DNA of 64,000 bases from contig CM052816.1 of the NCBI GenBank assembly GCA_028534125.1, positions 67,272,001 through 67,336,000 on the forward strand. Reading direction: 5' to 3'. Below, one piece after another: positions 1-14,719 of this stretch. The notes under the pieces are model-generated. The model was given only the letters and a program-made list of their open reading frames with translations. It did no database searches and was not told where the DNA came from. Source of the stretch: Lama glama (taxonomy: Eukaryota). Position 1 is the stretch's first letter. Each line of letters starts with the position of its first letter. The translations under genes were made by a program, and so were the position numbers.

Positions 1-149
1 TATTATCTGTGTCTTATATGATATGGGGGAAATTTCTGCGATACACTGATATGTAAAGAAAGCAAGATACAAAACTGTATATTACAAGGTCTCAACTGTG
101 TAGGAAAAATATGTGAAAAGCACAATAGTGATTATCTCTGGATGATGAG

Positions 150-1900
150 ATTAGAGATTTTTTTCTGGTGAAGGTCCAATACTTTGTAACTTGTTGGTTC
201 TTATCAAAATTATATATGCATACTTCAGAGATATTTAGTTATAAAAGGCTTATAATAAAAAACTGAATTCCCCTGTCCCACCACTTTCTACCACCAATTT
301 CTTCTCCTCAGAGGCAACTAATCATTCTTTTCTATGTTTGTTTTGGTTTTCATCTCCTTATTTTTAAATAACATATTTATATAGCTATTTCCTGGTGTTT
401 CAGATGTAGATGGTATCTGTGTCTTCCTATTATGGAAGAGGAAGATTTAGCGCTCTTGATGCCTCTACCCACTCACAAATTCCCTGTTTCCCAAAATCCA
501 GTATAATTATATCATTAACTATCATAGAATCATTATTCAACATTTACAGTACCATCTCAGTATCATCTACATTTTCACATACATGCAATTTTAGAGTTAC
601 TAACCTCTTTTCTTTGTTTAGTTACTATTCTATGTCCCTATCCCCAAAATCCCTACCAAAGCCATAAATCTTTTCTTAATGCATTCAAGAACATTAGGAA
701 TTCTGTGAGTTTCATCATTTCCTTTGTAACACCTTTCTGGAGTCTTCCATCCTCTCTGGGTTTGTTTTACAGCTACTGTATCTGAATCTCCCTTCACATC
801 ATCCTGGAAATTTCTTTGGCTTATTTCGAGATCCGAGTTCCTTATTATCTGTGTCCCATATTTTCCTCTCTCCTGAAATATCCTCTAGTTTTCCATGAGC
901 ACATATGCTAGTATTAACTAAGAAGAGGTGAGTGGGAGATAAAATTTTGAGAACTTACATGTCTGAAAAGCTTTATTATTTTGTCAGATTAATTATGAGA
1001 TTGGCTGGGTATGAAACTCCAGCTTGGACATTGTTTTCCCTCAGAAGTCCTCATTTTCCTATTGAGAAGACCAATGACACTCCAATTTTCATTTCTTGGT
1101 GATCTATTGGGGTTTTTTCCTACTTAAAACTTTTACGACATTTTCTCTATACCAGTATTTTAAAATCTGACAATGATAGGAGCTGTGATGTGGGTTCTCT
1201 CATCTATTTGTAACTTTAAGATTTCAGTCTAAAAGTTTGTATCTTTCAGTTCTGAAAACACATTTTTTTCCTTGCTGGGGGAAAAAAGTTGGATTTTGCA
1301 CCTGTCAGATTAATCCTTTCATTTTTAAAAAATTTCTTTTCTCCTATTTTTCTGCCTCTTTATCAATTTTGCTATACTTTCTGGGAGACTTCCTCAACTT
1401 TATCTTCCAATTTTGCTACTGAAATTTTTATTTGTGCAATCTTGTTTTTAAATTCTAAGAGCTCTTTTTGGTTCTCTATTTTTATGCCATTCTGTTCTTG
1501 CTTTATAGATGCAATATCAATATCATCTTTTATCTCTCTGAAGATATTATAGTTTTACTTTTTTTAGACCTTTCTTTCTTCTGTTTCTTGCATTTTCTTG
1601 GCTTCTTTTGTGGTCCTCTTGTTCCCATTGTCTCTTTGGGGTCTGTCTTTCATATTGGAAGCTATAACCAAATGGCTGGTATTCTTGGCCATCACTCACA
1701 TTGTAAGAGGGAGGCAATAAAGAGGTGACTGGAAGCTCCTCGTGTTTAAAGTAATAGCCTTCACTATGAGGTGATTTGAGAGACCCTCCCTCACTGATAG
1801 TATCTTGGGCTCATTCACCCTCCACCCTCCTACCCAGGTGATTCAGAACTGGCTTGAGGCCTGCTTTGGAAGGAAGTCGGGAAAAGAGGCTGAGAATCTC
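150..1900 (-). mobile_element. Ancient, highly decayed LINE-1/HAL1-like fragment
   Basis: T-rich + strand with motifs typical of antisense old L1 ORF1-region sequence (e.g. gtctgaaaagctttatt...ttggctgggtatgaaactcc...ttttccctcagaag...attgagaagacc near 960-1075). Boundaries approximate. Confidence 0.45.
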
Positions 1901-2554
1901 TCCCTGCACTACACAAATGTTTACTTAATAATACAAATTAGCTAAGACGCAGTTGGCACAAAGAAAAATTGTTGGTATAACGCGTAAGTCACACTAATTC
2001 ATGTGCAATATTTCCTAAGCACCAGAGAACAGAATGTGGAGTGGAATTTCAACTTTCAGCAGAAAAGGAAAAAGCTTTTAAATCAGTTGCTGCATTGGGA
2101 ACAGGAACTGTTCTGCCTGTATTTTGAAAATTAAAACAAGCACCTCTACCTGGGCTTCCACCCCGAAGAGGCTATTCCCCAGCCCTGTGGCTTTTGACTT
2201 CTGGCAGGTTGTACTGCCTTTCAGTACCTTAAGAGCAGCCACACTGACTTAAAACGCCACTTCTGTCTACCCTGTGTGAGTTACTAGCAGCCCTGCTCTC
2301 CTGCAAATGTTGCCAACCTTCCCACTCAATTATTCTTGTTACGTACCAGCCGTAACAGGCCCCAGCCACAATCAGCTGCCTACCTTCAGAGTCCAAGTTA
2401 TTTCCCTGAGTATCAGTTATTATTTTTGTTAATGCTTTGCATAAGTTTTTAATTCTCTGCCCCAATCCTTTTTTCTTTTTCCCATATGGCCTTTTATTTT
2501 TAGGGTGCAATTTTGAAAACTGGGTTTTTTCATGAATGCCATTCGTATTGTGTC

Positions 2555-2900
2555 TTATGGTAGATTGTTTGCAAAACTGGAAACAAATTTTCCTCTTTTT
2601 GTATCCACACCCCTTTGCAGCTAATGTGACTTTGGAGCTCTGTCCATCAAGAGGTAGAATCTATCTCTCCTCCCCTTGAATCTGAGCTGACCTTGCCACT
2701 TGCTTTGCCCAGGTGAATGCATGGAGGAGACACTAGCATGTCCCAGTCTAGGCCTCCGGAGTCCTTGCAGGCTTCGACTTGCTCTCTCGGAAGCCTGTCC
2801 AGCCAAGGTGAAAAGCCGGAGCTTAGGCTGCTGGGGCAGGAAAGACCCTACGAATCAGAAATGGGTCAGCCCAGCTTTCCCAGCTAAAGCCCCAGAGATA
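2555..2900 (+). mobile_element. MaLR LTR (MLT1 family) fragment
   Basis: ccatcaagaggtagaatctatctctcctccccttgaatctgagctgaccttgccacttgctttg resembles the MLT1 LTR 5' half (recalled consensus). Confidence 0.55.
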
Positions 2901-3274
2901 CGGTGCAGGGGCAGGAAGAGTATTTTTGATATATCTGCTTTTGATACGTATCTTTAGCCAATTTTTATGTTTCTGACCCCAAAGCTTCCCCAATATCAGA
3001 AGTACCTGGGCTCCCACTGAGCCTTGCTGTCTCAAATAGGAACCCTACTGCTCAGGGCCTCCCCTTCTCCCAGCTGAGGTTTCCCCTTCCCCAAGTCAGC
3101 GTAGTTACCACTCACTCACGTCTTTCCTACTTTCAAAATATTACTGTTCTATGTCCTTTCCTGCTCACTTTGTCCTTGACTTTAGTGCCTTTTTACTTCC
3201 TGACTGCAAAGTTTAGTGGTATTTTCAGAGAAAGTGGAGACAAATACATATGTTTAATCTACTAGATAAGAAGA

Positions 3275-3400
3275 AATCTCCTCACTTCATTTTATACGTG
3301 AGGACACTGAAGTCACAGCAGCTAAGCGGCTTGCCCAAAGCCACCTGGGTGGCTAGTGAAACATATGGAACCATCCAGAGCCCTGAGAGCAGCCAGTGTT
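3275..3400 (-). mobile_element. MIR SINE fragment
   Basis: cattttatacgtgaggacactgaagtcacagcagctaagcggcttgcccaaagccac is the reverse complement of the MIR core. Confidence 0.6.
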
Positions 3401-4489
3401 CTTTCCTCTCTCCCATGCTGCCTCCACGATTATGTCAGGAAGCCCATGGAACAGGAATAGAACAGATAAAACTTCCAGTTTCTTTGGTACAGCACACGAG
3501 ATTCTGCAGTGCCACTGTCTGTTCCAGACTTGACCAATAGTATGATTAGCCAACTGAACATGCATTCTGCAGTAAACAGCAATATACCTTATAATGTACA
3601 AATATGTGATCTCTGCTGATGTCTAAACCATCATTAATACAGAATTGTGAATTTTTGTTTTCTTACAAATTATGTGGAAATTTCAGACACAAATTAGAAA
3701 ATACTCAAGAAGGGTTTAAAAGTCTAATGATATAAACAAATGCTTATGTTCTAAACCGAAACAAAATTACAAAGTATATATAGCAGCCTTACTAGACAGA
3801 TAAGTGACTCCTCAGACAGTACGAAGTGGCTAGAACTTGGTGCTTCAGAACAATGCCAACAATGCTTTCTGATGTCTAATGGCCCTCAGACCTGCTACAG
3901 GTTCTCTAGTTTCTGCCAATAATCACCACTGATTATGCAGAGAGCACGGTTCGCATGTAGGGGTCACTTATGAGACGCATACATGGGCTGCTGGAGTTCC
4001 CCTGCCCTCGCCTCAGCTCTACCGGTAGATGTGACTCCACTAAGCCCCAATTCAACATGGGGTCAAAAGTGCAAACAGACTGCCCACCAAGCCTCCAAAC
4101 CCAAGGACTACAAAAGCACTGCATCTAGATCAGTAAGAGCTGTACGCTGTCTAAACCAATGAATCCCAAGAAACAGTTTAGTTTCCATCTCTACTCAGAA
4201 TGTAGCCACCCCTGACATAGGATGACCAATCCCTGCCTGGCTTATGTAGTTCAAACCTCTCTGTATTGGCTTCAGGGTGTTTCACCAACTGTCCACCTCC
4301 CTTTAGCCATCCCTAACTTTCCTTTTCTTAGTGTTAAACATAGACTCCTGCCCCATACGTAGGGTTTGGTCAGTCCCCATTAGGATCCTTGTCAGAGCTC
4401 TTCTGCTACCTGCTCTTCACAGCCTTCACCATAAGGAGGCGCAAATGAGCAGCCATCCTGCAGAGTCATGGGAGATGCCATGATTGTTG

Positions 4490-4720
4490 CTAATATGTAC
4501 TGCACTTGGCTCTTACCACACACTCTGCTGAACTCTTTATAGGCATCATCTCATGCCAAACCCAAGACAACTTTATGAGGTAGAGACATGTATCTTCAGC
4601 TTAGAGAGGAGGAAACTGAGACTTTGGGGGAAGTTCTGAAATGCCTCAGTTTATAGACCTAGCAAGTTTGGGGACAAACCAAGCTCTGCCAGGTTTTAGA
4701 GCTATGTTCTTAACTACTAG
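4490..4720 (-). mobile_element. MIR SINE
   Basis: caactttatgaggtag...gaggaaactgagac matches the reverse complement of the MIR core. Confidence 0.55.
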
Positions 4721-5179
4721 GTTTTGACAGTTATTGTAGAACCTGAGCATGACAGAGAAGTTGAGATTTTATGTGACAGCAAATTTGGAGCCTGGGAGAT
4801 TTTAGTATACATGATTAAAGTTAGCTGGCAATGGTTTTCAGAAAGGTTTGGTGTTGGAAGAATTATTCAGCAAAGTACTCTGGAACTTAGCTGAGTGTGA
4901 AGTGACCCAGGCCTGAACTAAGAGCAAATAGAAGCAAAAATGAGAAAACGGAAATTATCTCAAAGAATATCCAAGAGAATCTGATGACATACCACATTAT
5001 GTTTAAAAAAGAAAAAGAATAAAGTGGTTGAGTCAAAAATGATCATCAGATAGAAAACTGAAAGATTTTGAAAATGTTGAGGCCACTGGTATAAACGGAG
5101 CACTCTGGAGAAGCTGATTAACTTGGTATTGGATATGAGAGGCTAGAACTTACACACAGAAATGTTGGAATGTTAGCAC

Positions 5180-5745
5180 AGCCCGATCAATGAAGTATTT
5201 GTTTAAAAATAAACACTGGAAGTACAGGTCAACAGTCAACGATTGAACAACGGAAGTTGAAAGACCCCGCCGTAGGCACTGTTAGAAATAAAACGTGGAC
5301 AAGATCTAGAGAGTGTAGTGAGAGAGACAACCATGTACATAAATAATACAGGACAGAAAGGGATGAGAACCACAACCGCAGTATCAGCTAAGCGCTGTGG
5401 GGTTGGAGAGATGCAAGAGATTAACCCCTTCTGGGTAAACTGGAGAAGGCTTTATGGGGAAACTGGTGAGCATCTGAGATTGATGGAAGGTCAAAGGACA
5501 GAGAAGGTGGAAAGACATTCCCGGTGGAATAAGCAACAGCATCAGGTCCAAGGGAACAGGGGCAGCAATTAGTTCAGGAACATGAGGTTCCTGGATGGGG
5601 AAGGCGAGGATGTAAATATCAGGCTATGGAAGTAGGTCAGAGCCAGATAATAGAGGGTCTTGAAGTCTATACTAAGCAGTTTGGACTTTGTTCTATAGCA
5701 AATGGGAGTCATCAGAAGCTTTAGAGCAAAGAGTGACAGGTTCAT
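5180..5745 (-). mobile_element. L2 LINE fragment
   Basis: ggtcagagccagataatagagggtcttgaag...tttggactttgttctatagcaaatgggagtcatcagaagctttagagc is typical antisense L2 3' region. Confidence 0.55.
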
Positions 5746-8396
5746 ATGTGAGTCACATGCTAATCTTTCATTTCCATAAATGAATGTTTGATTTGCATGA
5801 AACAAATAAAATTCTGCTTTGTATCGCTTCCCAGTCACTCTACTTTCTTTGGCAAAGCTTGCCCTTGGGTTAATATTCCTGAATTCTTTTGCATTTTTTA
5901 TGTTACATACAGTACTTCCAATTAACCTTTTATATAACCTTTTATCATTCCTTTTTGGTTAGAACTGAAAATACCACCAATGTTACCCAGAGATATCAAC
6001 AAAAGAATTTTTCCTTTTTTATTTTAATCCCAAAGTCCATTTCTGATACTCCACTAGTTTGGCCCAGATTCCATTTGTAGCTGAATGTAACAAAAGGAGG
6101 ACTTGCTGTGACTGCTTCAACTAATGCTTTCCTTAAGCAAATTCTTGTATTGAGCATCTTTGGGTATCCTTTTCCAAAAAAATCGTATTTCAGAGGAAAG
6201 GGACCTGAAGAAGTCAAAATGCATTCATTTCCCTCATAAGGACAGACTTCCTGCTTTAAAGAAGAGGGAAAAAAAAATCCAGAATGTGATAACATCATTT
6301 AAAAACCCAGTCCAGTCTTTTCCAACCTGGCAAACCAGAACAGGAGAAACAGAACAGGAATCTGGCACCTTGAATTTTCTCTTCAAAATAGCAACAGAGA
6401 CATTTCACCAAAAAACAGAGTTGTAGTGCATTATATTCACAATTTTCTTCTAATTTGTTAGTTAAAATCCTTCCTTATGTACCACAAACCCATTCCACTA
6501 TATCCCAACCTCAACAGAACAATGAAGGACAGAACCTCCCTTCTCATTGAATTTCTTTCCAAATTCCTAAAGACTAAGTATTACATTGGACATTTGTCAT
6601 GTAGTTAAAGAAACTCAGCCATAGAGTATTTTTCCTCTCTTGTAAATACCAACCCATCCCCAAAGCAACAAAGGACCATAGAACAGAGTCCATCTGTCCT
6701 TTTCCCTCCCCTGCCCCTCCAAAATGCATGCTCCTCTCCAATTTCTCAGAACACATTAAACTCACATTCCTACAAGAAGCATGAATGAAGTTGGGTGGAA
6801 GCAACACTACAGGAATGAGGGGGACCAAGGGGGAAAGCAGAACTTGCATCCCTGCTAAAGGGGGTAACAGCTATTCAGCTGTAGTTTGGGAATGAGATCC
6901 AATGTCGCTTGATCTTTCTTTTTATATTTTTCAAGAAAAGCGGGAATTCAGGGGTCTGTTTTACAAATATGTAAAAATTTAAAAACCTTAGTAGCAACAC
7001 TGTATGGACCAAAGAAGTTGTGCCCAGTCTGCACGCTCTGTATTACATCAAGGGCTGGCCCGATGAGCAATCTAGAACCTGCACCAAATACTAGGACCAT
7101 CTTCTCTGTGGCTTATTTGGTATTATTTTTCCTGGACTTCATGACAGGATAACTAAAGGAAGAGAAACCCTCAACATCAACAGACAGGTTCAAGTTCTGA
7201 TAGTCCACTTCCCCCATTTTTTGCTAGATTTCCTATCTTCTCTGTAAGTCCCTCAGTCTCCTGAAGTCCACCCCAAAGGATCCTCCTTCCTATTCCTGTC
7301 AACAGAAAACATGCCACCTTGACATCAGCAAAAAGATAACTAAAACCCTCAGGGGGTCTTACTAGTTCCAGATACTGGAAATAATTTCCCAACTGTGTCT
7401 CCTGAGATCCCCAGAGAGATAGCTTCCATTGACTTAAGAAAATAAGCTACATTGAGTCATCTCCTACCAACCAAAATTTTCCCTGGAAGGTAAATTACAC
7501 AGCTTCCAAACCCTGGGTTAGCTTTCTCATCCAGTGCCCTCCACCTCCTACGTGCCTTACCTAGAAAGGGTAGCGCATTCCCTGAACAGCAAGCACTGTC
7601 TCAGAGGAGAGAACCTGTTGCATTCCAGCATCTGATAATCCACAATCCCTTTGTGTAGACAGGGACCTACAGAGACCTTAACGAAACTGCAAGAAATCAG
7701 GTCTGATACTTAAGCAGGCACGAAGCCAGGTTACGCAGAATGAAGAAGAAACAACAAACACAACTCGGTGGCTACAGGGCAGTTTTCACATTTTTTTTTA
7801 AATGAAAGATGGGACTCATTAAATTAGCCTTAAGGACCCGTGATCTCTCCAGCGCCAGTTTGTACAGATCACACCTCCACTCAGAGTTGTTTCCTCTCTG
7901 TCTGTAAGATCGTCCCTTCAAGCCCTTTCAGGCCCTGAGTACCCCCACTCACCGAATTATCTCAGCTTCCAAGTGAACTATCCCTAACTCTAACTCATAC
8001 TCTCTAAGGTGATCTGATCACTAGGGCCTTTATTTCGACCTAATATTTTATTCTTCTCAAGTTTTGCCTCCTTCACCTCTATAATCTGTAGTTCTTGTCC
8101 ATTTTGGTTGGCTTCTACTCTTGGCCGACTTTAGAGAATATCAGGTGGATTCAATCCCCCTAGGCTCTCCCAGGCGCACCACACTTCCTACACCACAGTC
8201 CTTGCCCCACCTTCTACTCTCACACTTGGCATGCCATGGTCAAACCTGGACGTTTGGAGACAATGCCATCTGGGGTCTGAAGATGTAAGGGGCTTCACTT
8301 CCCACATGGCTGCAATCCAAAGCATGCATTTTCCTAAATGATTCAAGTTTTTGCTTTTCAGTGGCCCATCCTACTCTTATGCTACTTTCTTATTTG

Positions 8397-8489
8397 AGGT
8401 AATAGATTTGACTCTTCACTTGTAAATGTCTTTCTCCATCCAGGTAATAGATTTGACTCTTCACTTGTAAATGTCTTTCTCCATCCAGG
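8397..8489. repeat. Perfect 45-bp tandem duplication
   Basis: aggtaatagatttgactcttcacttgtaaatgtctttctccatcc occurs at 8397-8441 and 8442-8486, followed by a third agg. Confidence 0.95.
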
Positions 8490-8764
8490 CATTAAATCAC
8501 CATTCATTTTTCTCCACTTAGAAAGTAAGACATCTTGATATTCATATTAATAACATGAAGAACCTGCTAAAGTTTTCTAGAATTCTTTTTGGTTTTCTTA
8601 TGACTTTAATGTTCAACCTGGTCTCCACTCTAAGATGGTGTTTGGACACTTTATGATGCTGTTTCCCAACAGGGAATGCGAAGCTCTCCCTGGCACAGCC
8701 CTAGTTGGCAGCCTCTCTCACTGGGGGCCAGCCCAATGCCCTGCATCCTTTGTTTGAGCCATTC

Positions 8765-9010
8765 TTCAGGCAGAGCTTGAGCTCTGGAATGGATCTGGTT
8801 GGGTTCCAATCCTGACATTGCCTCCATCACTCCGGGTTGCTTAGGTCAGTTTACTCGTTAAGCTTCAGTTTAATCCTTCTAAAATGGGGATGAAAATCCT
8901 CGGTACCTTGGGATAATTGTCATGATGGTTAAAGAACAAGTGCGTGTCAGAGAAACATTTAGCAGAGAGACTGGAACACACTAAGTGATCAATGATCACA
9001 ATTTTTATTG
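8765..9010 (+). mobile_element. MIR SINE, near full length
   Basis: gctctggaat...gggttccaatcctgac...cttcagtttaatccttctaaaatggggatgaaaat follows MIR consensus order. Confidence 0.6.
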
Positions 9011-11505
9011 TTCCTCTCTCCACCTTTCAGAATCAGAACACAACTTGGAGCTTGCCTCCATCTTGGAGGGTACGGGCTGCACATCGCAGTGGCCAAGCTG
9101 CTGTGAATATTGACATTTTCATTTGTACACCCTTCCTCCCCTGTTTTACCTCCTCTTTGCTTAGAGTCAAGATATCTTCAAAGGTTCATCTACTGCTCCC
9201 AGGAATCCATTCTTCCTCCTAACAACTTCGTTTACAAGTCTATCGAACTAGCTAAAAGTTGATGGCATACTTTAAAATTAAGAGTTAGGAAGAACTGCCA
9301 TAAAATCCATTTCTGGTCCCTTTAAACATCAGGGGGCCCTATCACCCTGTGGAGTGAACGTTGATCTTGCTCACAGAAAGGAGGCCAGCACAGGCTGGGG
9401 GCTGGGAGCTCTGGTCTCTGCACCCCTAAAACAATTCTTGCACTCCAATTATCCTTCCTAGTGCTTCTGGACTGGCCAAGTGGCACCTCATCACGCCACC
9501 TCTTCCTCCCTCTTGCCCACACCTGCCTTAAAAAACAGGTGAGTCAGGTTTGATGTGGGGGAGTGGTCACTGTACTTCTAAATTTTTCGTATGTTTTTAT
9601 AAAATTTTATATATTAAAACAAATAAATAGTAAATCACTATAAACTTTCATCAGTAATTGTTTTTGGTAGATTTATTCTAAGAAATTACCAAACCCGTAT
9701 GTTAGAGACTTCTCCTGAGTGAACAATTATAGTCCCCAAGATATGATTAAGCCATTTTATCAATGCAAAATATAAGTATTAGACAGTATTTAACCATAAA
9801 ATAAGTGAATTTTTAACTTTAAAAAAGGGGTCGGCTATACTTATCTACCAATGACTAGATCAGAGTATGTAATGAAAAATCTCATTACCTACCCATCCCT
9901 ATATTTGTTAATTAAACATGTATCAAATTTCCACTAAGAGCAGAGGACAATGAAGGAGATTCTCAGAGCAGTCTACACAGTGGGAAAGGCAGATATATGT
10001 GTAAAACCTACAAAGGACAAAAGAGAGTGGGGGGCCAGTAGGAAAGAAACAAGCAGAGACCAAGGAGGAAGGTAGCTGACCTCAATGTTCTAAATTGGAT
10101 CCCTTGGGTGGCAGCACAAAGGGACCTCATTAAAATTCTGAGTCTCAGCAGTTTGGTTAAGAGATGAGCATCTGGGGATGGGAGATAATCACTGAGATGT
10201 GGCCTCTGTGGGCACATGGTGGGAGGCCCGTAGTCAAATCTTCAGTTCCCAGAGGGAAAGCTACATCCAATTCTGGAGCTCCCCTCCCTTTCTCACGCCT
10301 GCTAGGATGCAGACTCCTGCTCTAAATCCTTGCTGACACTTGTGTAGATACCCAGGTCCAAGTACATTCTTGATTCTCTGATTTTTTTTCCACTTGGTGG
10401 CGTTCACACCTGGGATATTCCCTCCTGGCTGCCAACAGCTTCCTGTTCATCCTCTGAGACTCAGCCCAGGGGTCCTCTTCCCTGGCTTCTCCCTTCCTCT
10501 TCTCCTCAGGTTCAAGGGCGTTTCCCTCCACCTTCATATCACACCATGCTGCTTCTCCCTCTACATAGGTAATGATTATCTGTGTATTTGGGAATGATAT
10601 TCAAAACGTGTTACAAGGGCTGGGGCAGCACCAGCAGTGCACCATCAGAACACAACCTGGCTGCTCCCGTGTCGGGGCAGAGTGACCACCTGTCAGCCTG
10701 GGGAGAGGTGGCTTTCACCCACCAGAGTTAACCCTTTAAAAATAAGGGCTGTGTTTTATTCACCAGTGTATCACCAGTGCCCAGCGCATGGTAGATGTTT
10801 AATCAATGTTTGTGGGCTGGAACTTGGAATGGGGTGTGGGGCACTGCTCCAAGTCATCTCAGCCCATTACACATAATGGGCTTACACATAATGCTCACAC
10901 CTACACCTTTCTGGGGTTTTGTGTAGCTGCATGAGAGTCAAACTAGGCAAATGTAAAAGAAAATGATATCCTGAGCTTCCAAAAGCTAATCACAAAGGCC
11001 CCCGTTGGTTTTAGGTTTAGGTAACTAAACATTTGTCAAATCCAGTCAGCTGTAGGATCCATTACCTTCAAGAACAGCTCCCCAGGGTCCAGTATTTGTA
11101 AACCCATCTTCCTATGTTTCGCTTACACAAGTATTACTACTTTTAAAAAATGTAACCAGTCCCACAGATGATATTTTTAAATGGCTGTTGAATTATGATG
11201 TGTCCCTCTTGTACTATTGGGGGTTAATTAAAAGAACATAAGCTTATTTTAAGAATCTATAATTGCTGAAAATTTCTCTTGGGACACCAAATTAAAAGAG
11301 GTTAGAAGGTCTTCAGGCAAAATCACACATCAGCCTCTCTCTCAAGGGATCAGTTACACCGTGCGGATTCATCACCAGCCAGCTCTCAGCTCAAAGGCAG
11401 TTCTAAGGAGAGTGCTACAGTAAATGGAGACTCCAAAGGTTGCTCCTGGTGTCGTATGGGCTTCTGCACTGACTTGGCTTTGTTTTCTATGCCAGACTAA
11501 AGATT

Positions 11506-11515
11506 CCTAAATAGG
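11506..11515. promoter_or_regulatory. Perfect CArG box (candidate SRF site) about 1.8 kb upstream of ACTBL2
   Basis: CCTAAATAGG fits CC(A/T)6GG. Function is untested. Confidence 0.35.
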
Positions 11516-13026
11516 AATAGGTGCTAAGTGCAATGTGCTTTTGAGGGTTTTCTGGCTTTTTTTTTTTTTGGTTTTTGGTTTTTGGTTTTCAATTTTGTAG
11601 GATGTGCATATAGTCCGTTACAGGTCTAAAAAAGAAAAAGGAATTTGCAGAAGCATCATCCTACAGCAATAAAATACTGTTTTAATCAAAAGTTTGGTTG
11701 TGCTACATAAAAGGGAAGTACACAAACCGTTCAGTGTGAAGTTTTAGGGTGAATTCTTTAATTCTATTGAAGAAGGAACTGATTTTGTAGTAACAGAAAA
11801 AATTAAAGGGACAGATAGTCCTAGTGGCGGAGAAAAAGCAGAACTATGGATCTTGTAATGAAACACACATTTTTTCAAGACTGGTTGTCAGAAGGTAGGT
11901 TTTGAAGGCACACTATAGGGTAAAGCACTGGGAAAACCCAGAGAAAGATGATTCTATATCAAGTTGTAGACAAAGGAGAAAGTTGGACACTCACAACTTG
12001 GTGTTACCATGACTCCCCAAGAAGCTCATGGGCAAAGACACTACCTAGTTCTGGCCTTCAACTAGAAGACATACATCTGTCCAGTACCGCAGGGCTGCTG
12101 CTACCTCTTACAAAGTGACCACTGTTGGGCTGATTAATTAATTACCCAAAATGAAGATTTTGGAGAACACAGATGTGGGCATAAAAAATCAACTTGCTTT
12201 AGAAGAGGTGACAGGGAAGATTATATCTTACATACCCTAATACGTATAGGAACAAAGTGACAAACTCCCTTAATTGTTTCTCTGTAAGACATTACTAACA
12301 TCCTCTGTTTTATCAAGATACACATATTATCAGACAAACTGCTCCAATAAAATGATCAGAGTGTAATATGCCCTAAAATTGAAGGAAAGCTAATTCTTAC
12401 TAAATTTTAATTGTGTACATTTGAACACAATTAAAACACATTGCCTCTATGCAATCAACATAAACCCAATTCTATGAACAATGTCTACCCATAGTAGTGC
12501 TTAATGAAATTTGGTTATTAGAAATTTACATCAAGGAAGAAAACCTGTAGTGGTTTACTTTATTGATTTTTACTTGATCTCTAATGTGTTAGAAATCTGT
12601 TAAATATTCCTAAATTTTACATGACACCCATACATTGTACTTACAAGTGTCAGGCCACTCTTGGCCATTCGTCATTTTCATTCATTAAAACAATCTCTAT
12701 CATGATGATATCCTGTGGGATTAGGAATCTAATGGGGGGGGGCAAGAATCTTGAAAAAGTTAAGTTTGCAGAGTCAAAGTCAAAAGAACAATGTATTAAG
12801 AATGAAAAGTTAAAGCCAGTGTGGAGAAAATGGATGCAGAGGGTGACCTGGGGAGAGAGTGGCCCTTCTGGCAGTGTCACCCATCCCTCGCACTAGCTTT
12901 CTTTCATCTTGCTTTTACATCCCCCATTGCATCATCATAGTTACCTAGACACTGCGCCAAAGCAGGCTGACAGCCAGGTGTGGGTTGCAGGTAATTACAG
13001 TAACCTGAGATTTGGCCACTTGGTAG

Positions 13027-13170
13027 CCAATTTTCTCCTTATGAAGGAAGGTCTACTAATGATTTGTATAATCAGCATCTTCATTATTAATACCTCAGAG
13101 ACAACCCCACCCAGAATGCCGGGAACTGGTGGGATGGGACGTGGGTGGTGCCAGTGTGTACCTTTAAATA
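13027..13170 (+). promoter_or_regulatory. Candidate ACTBL2 core promoter (CCAAT plus TATA-like box)
   Basis: CCAAT at 13027-13031 and TTTAAATA at 13163-13170, about 150 nt upstream of the ATG. Motif position is the only evidence. Confidence 0.4.
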
Positions 13171-13214
13171 CCTGTCGTCACAGCACAGGCTCCCCTCTCT
13201 GAAGGCAGTTCTGA

Positions 13215-14444
<1,230 letters not shown>

Positions 14445-14719
14445 ATGGGTTCCACACTAATGCATTTACAGTTTCTCCAATTTCTAGGTCATAGTGATGC
14501 TATCCACTTCCAACTGAGTCAAGGTAAATCATCCACTCTTGCTAGTGCGTAAACCAGCAAACTCATTTCCATCCAAGTACTGTGGGCTCCTGTCCAGCTA
14601 ACCGTATCTTGACCTCTATCAACTTAAGCAGGATTCTGATCGTATTCTATGTTCTTTACCTCTAGGGTTCAAAGAAATGTAGACTTGCTTAAATGAAAAT
14701 AAGTGACAAGGAGTAAAAT

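Noticed and set aside
1920..2190. Possible Tigger-like DNA transposon remnant
   Set aside because: Only vague motif resemblance, and no terminal inverted repeats could be confirmed by eye.
10867..10893. Short direct repeat ttacacataatg x2
   Set aside because: A 12-bp local slippage duplication with no further array; not CRISPR-like or otherwise informative.
13037..13047. CCTTATGAAGG as a proximal CArG box
   Set aside because: It has a 7-nt core containing a G, so it does not fit CC(A/T)6GG.
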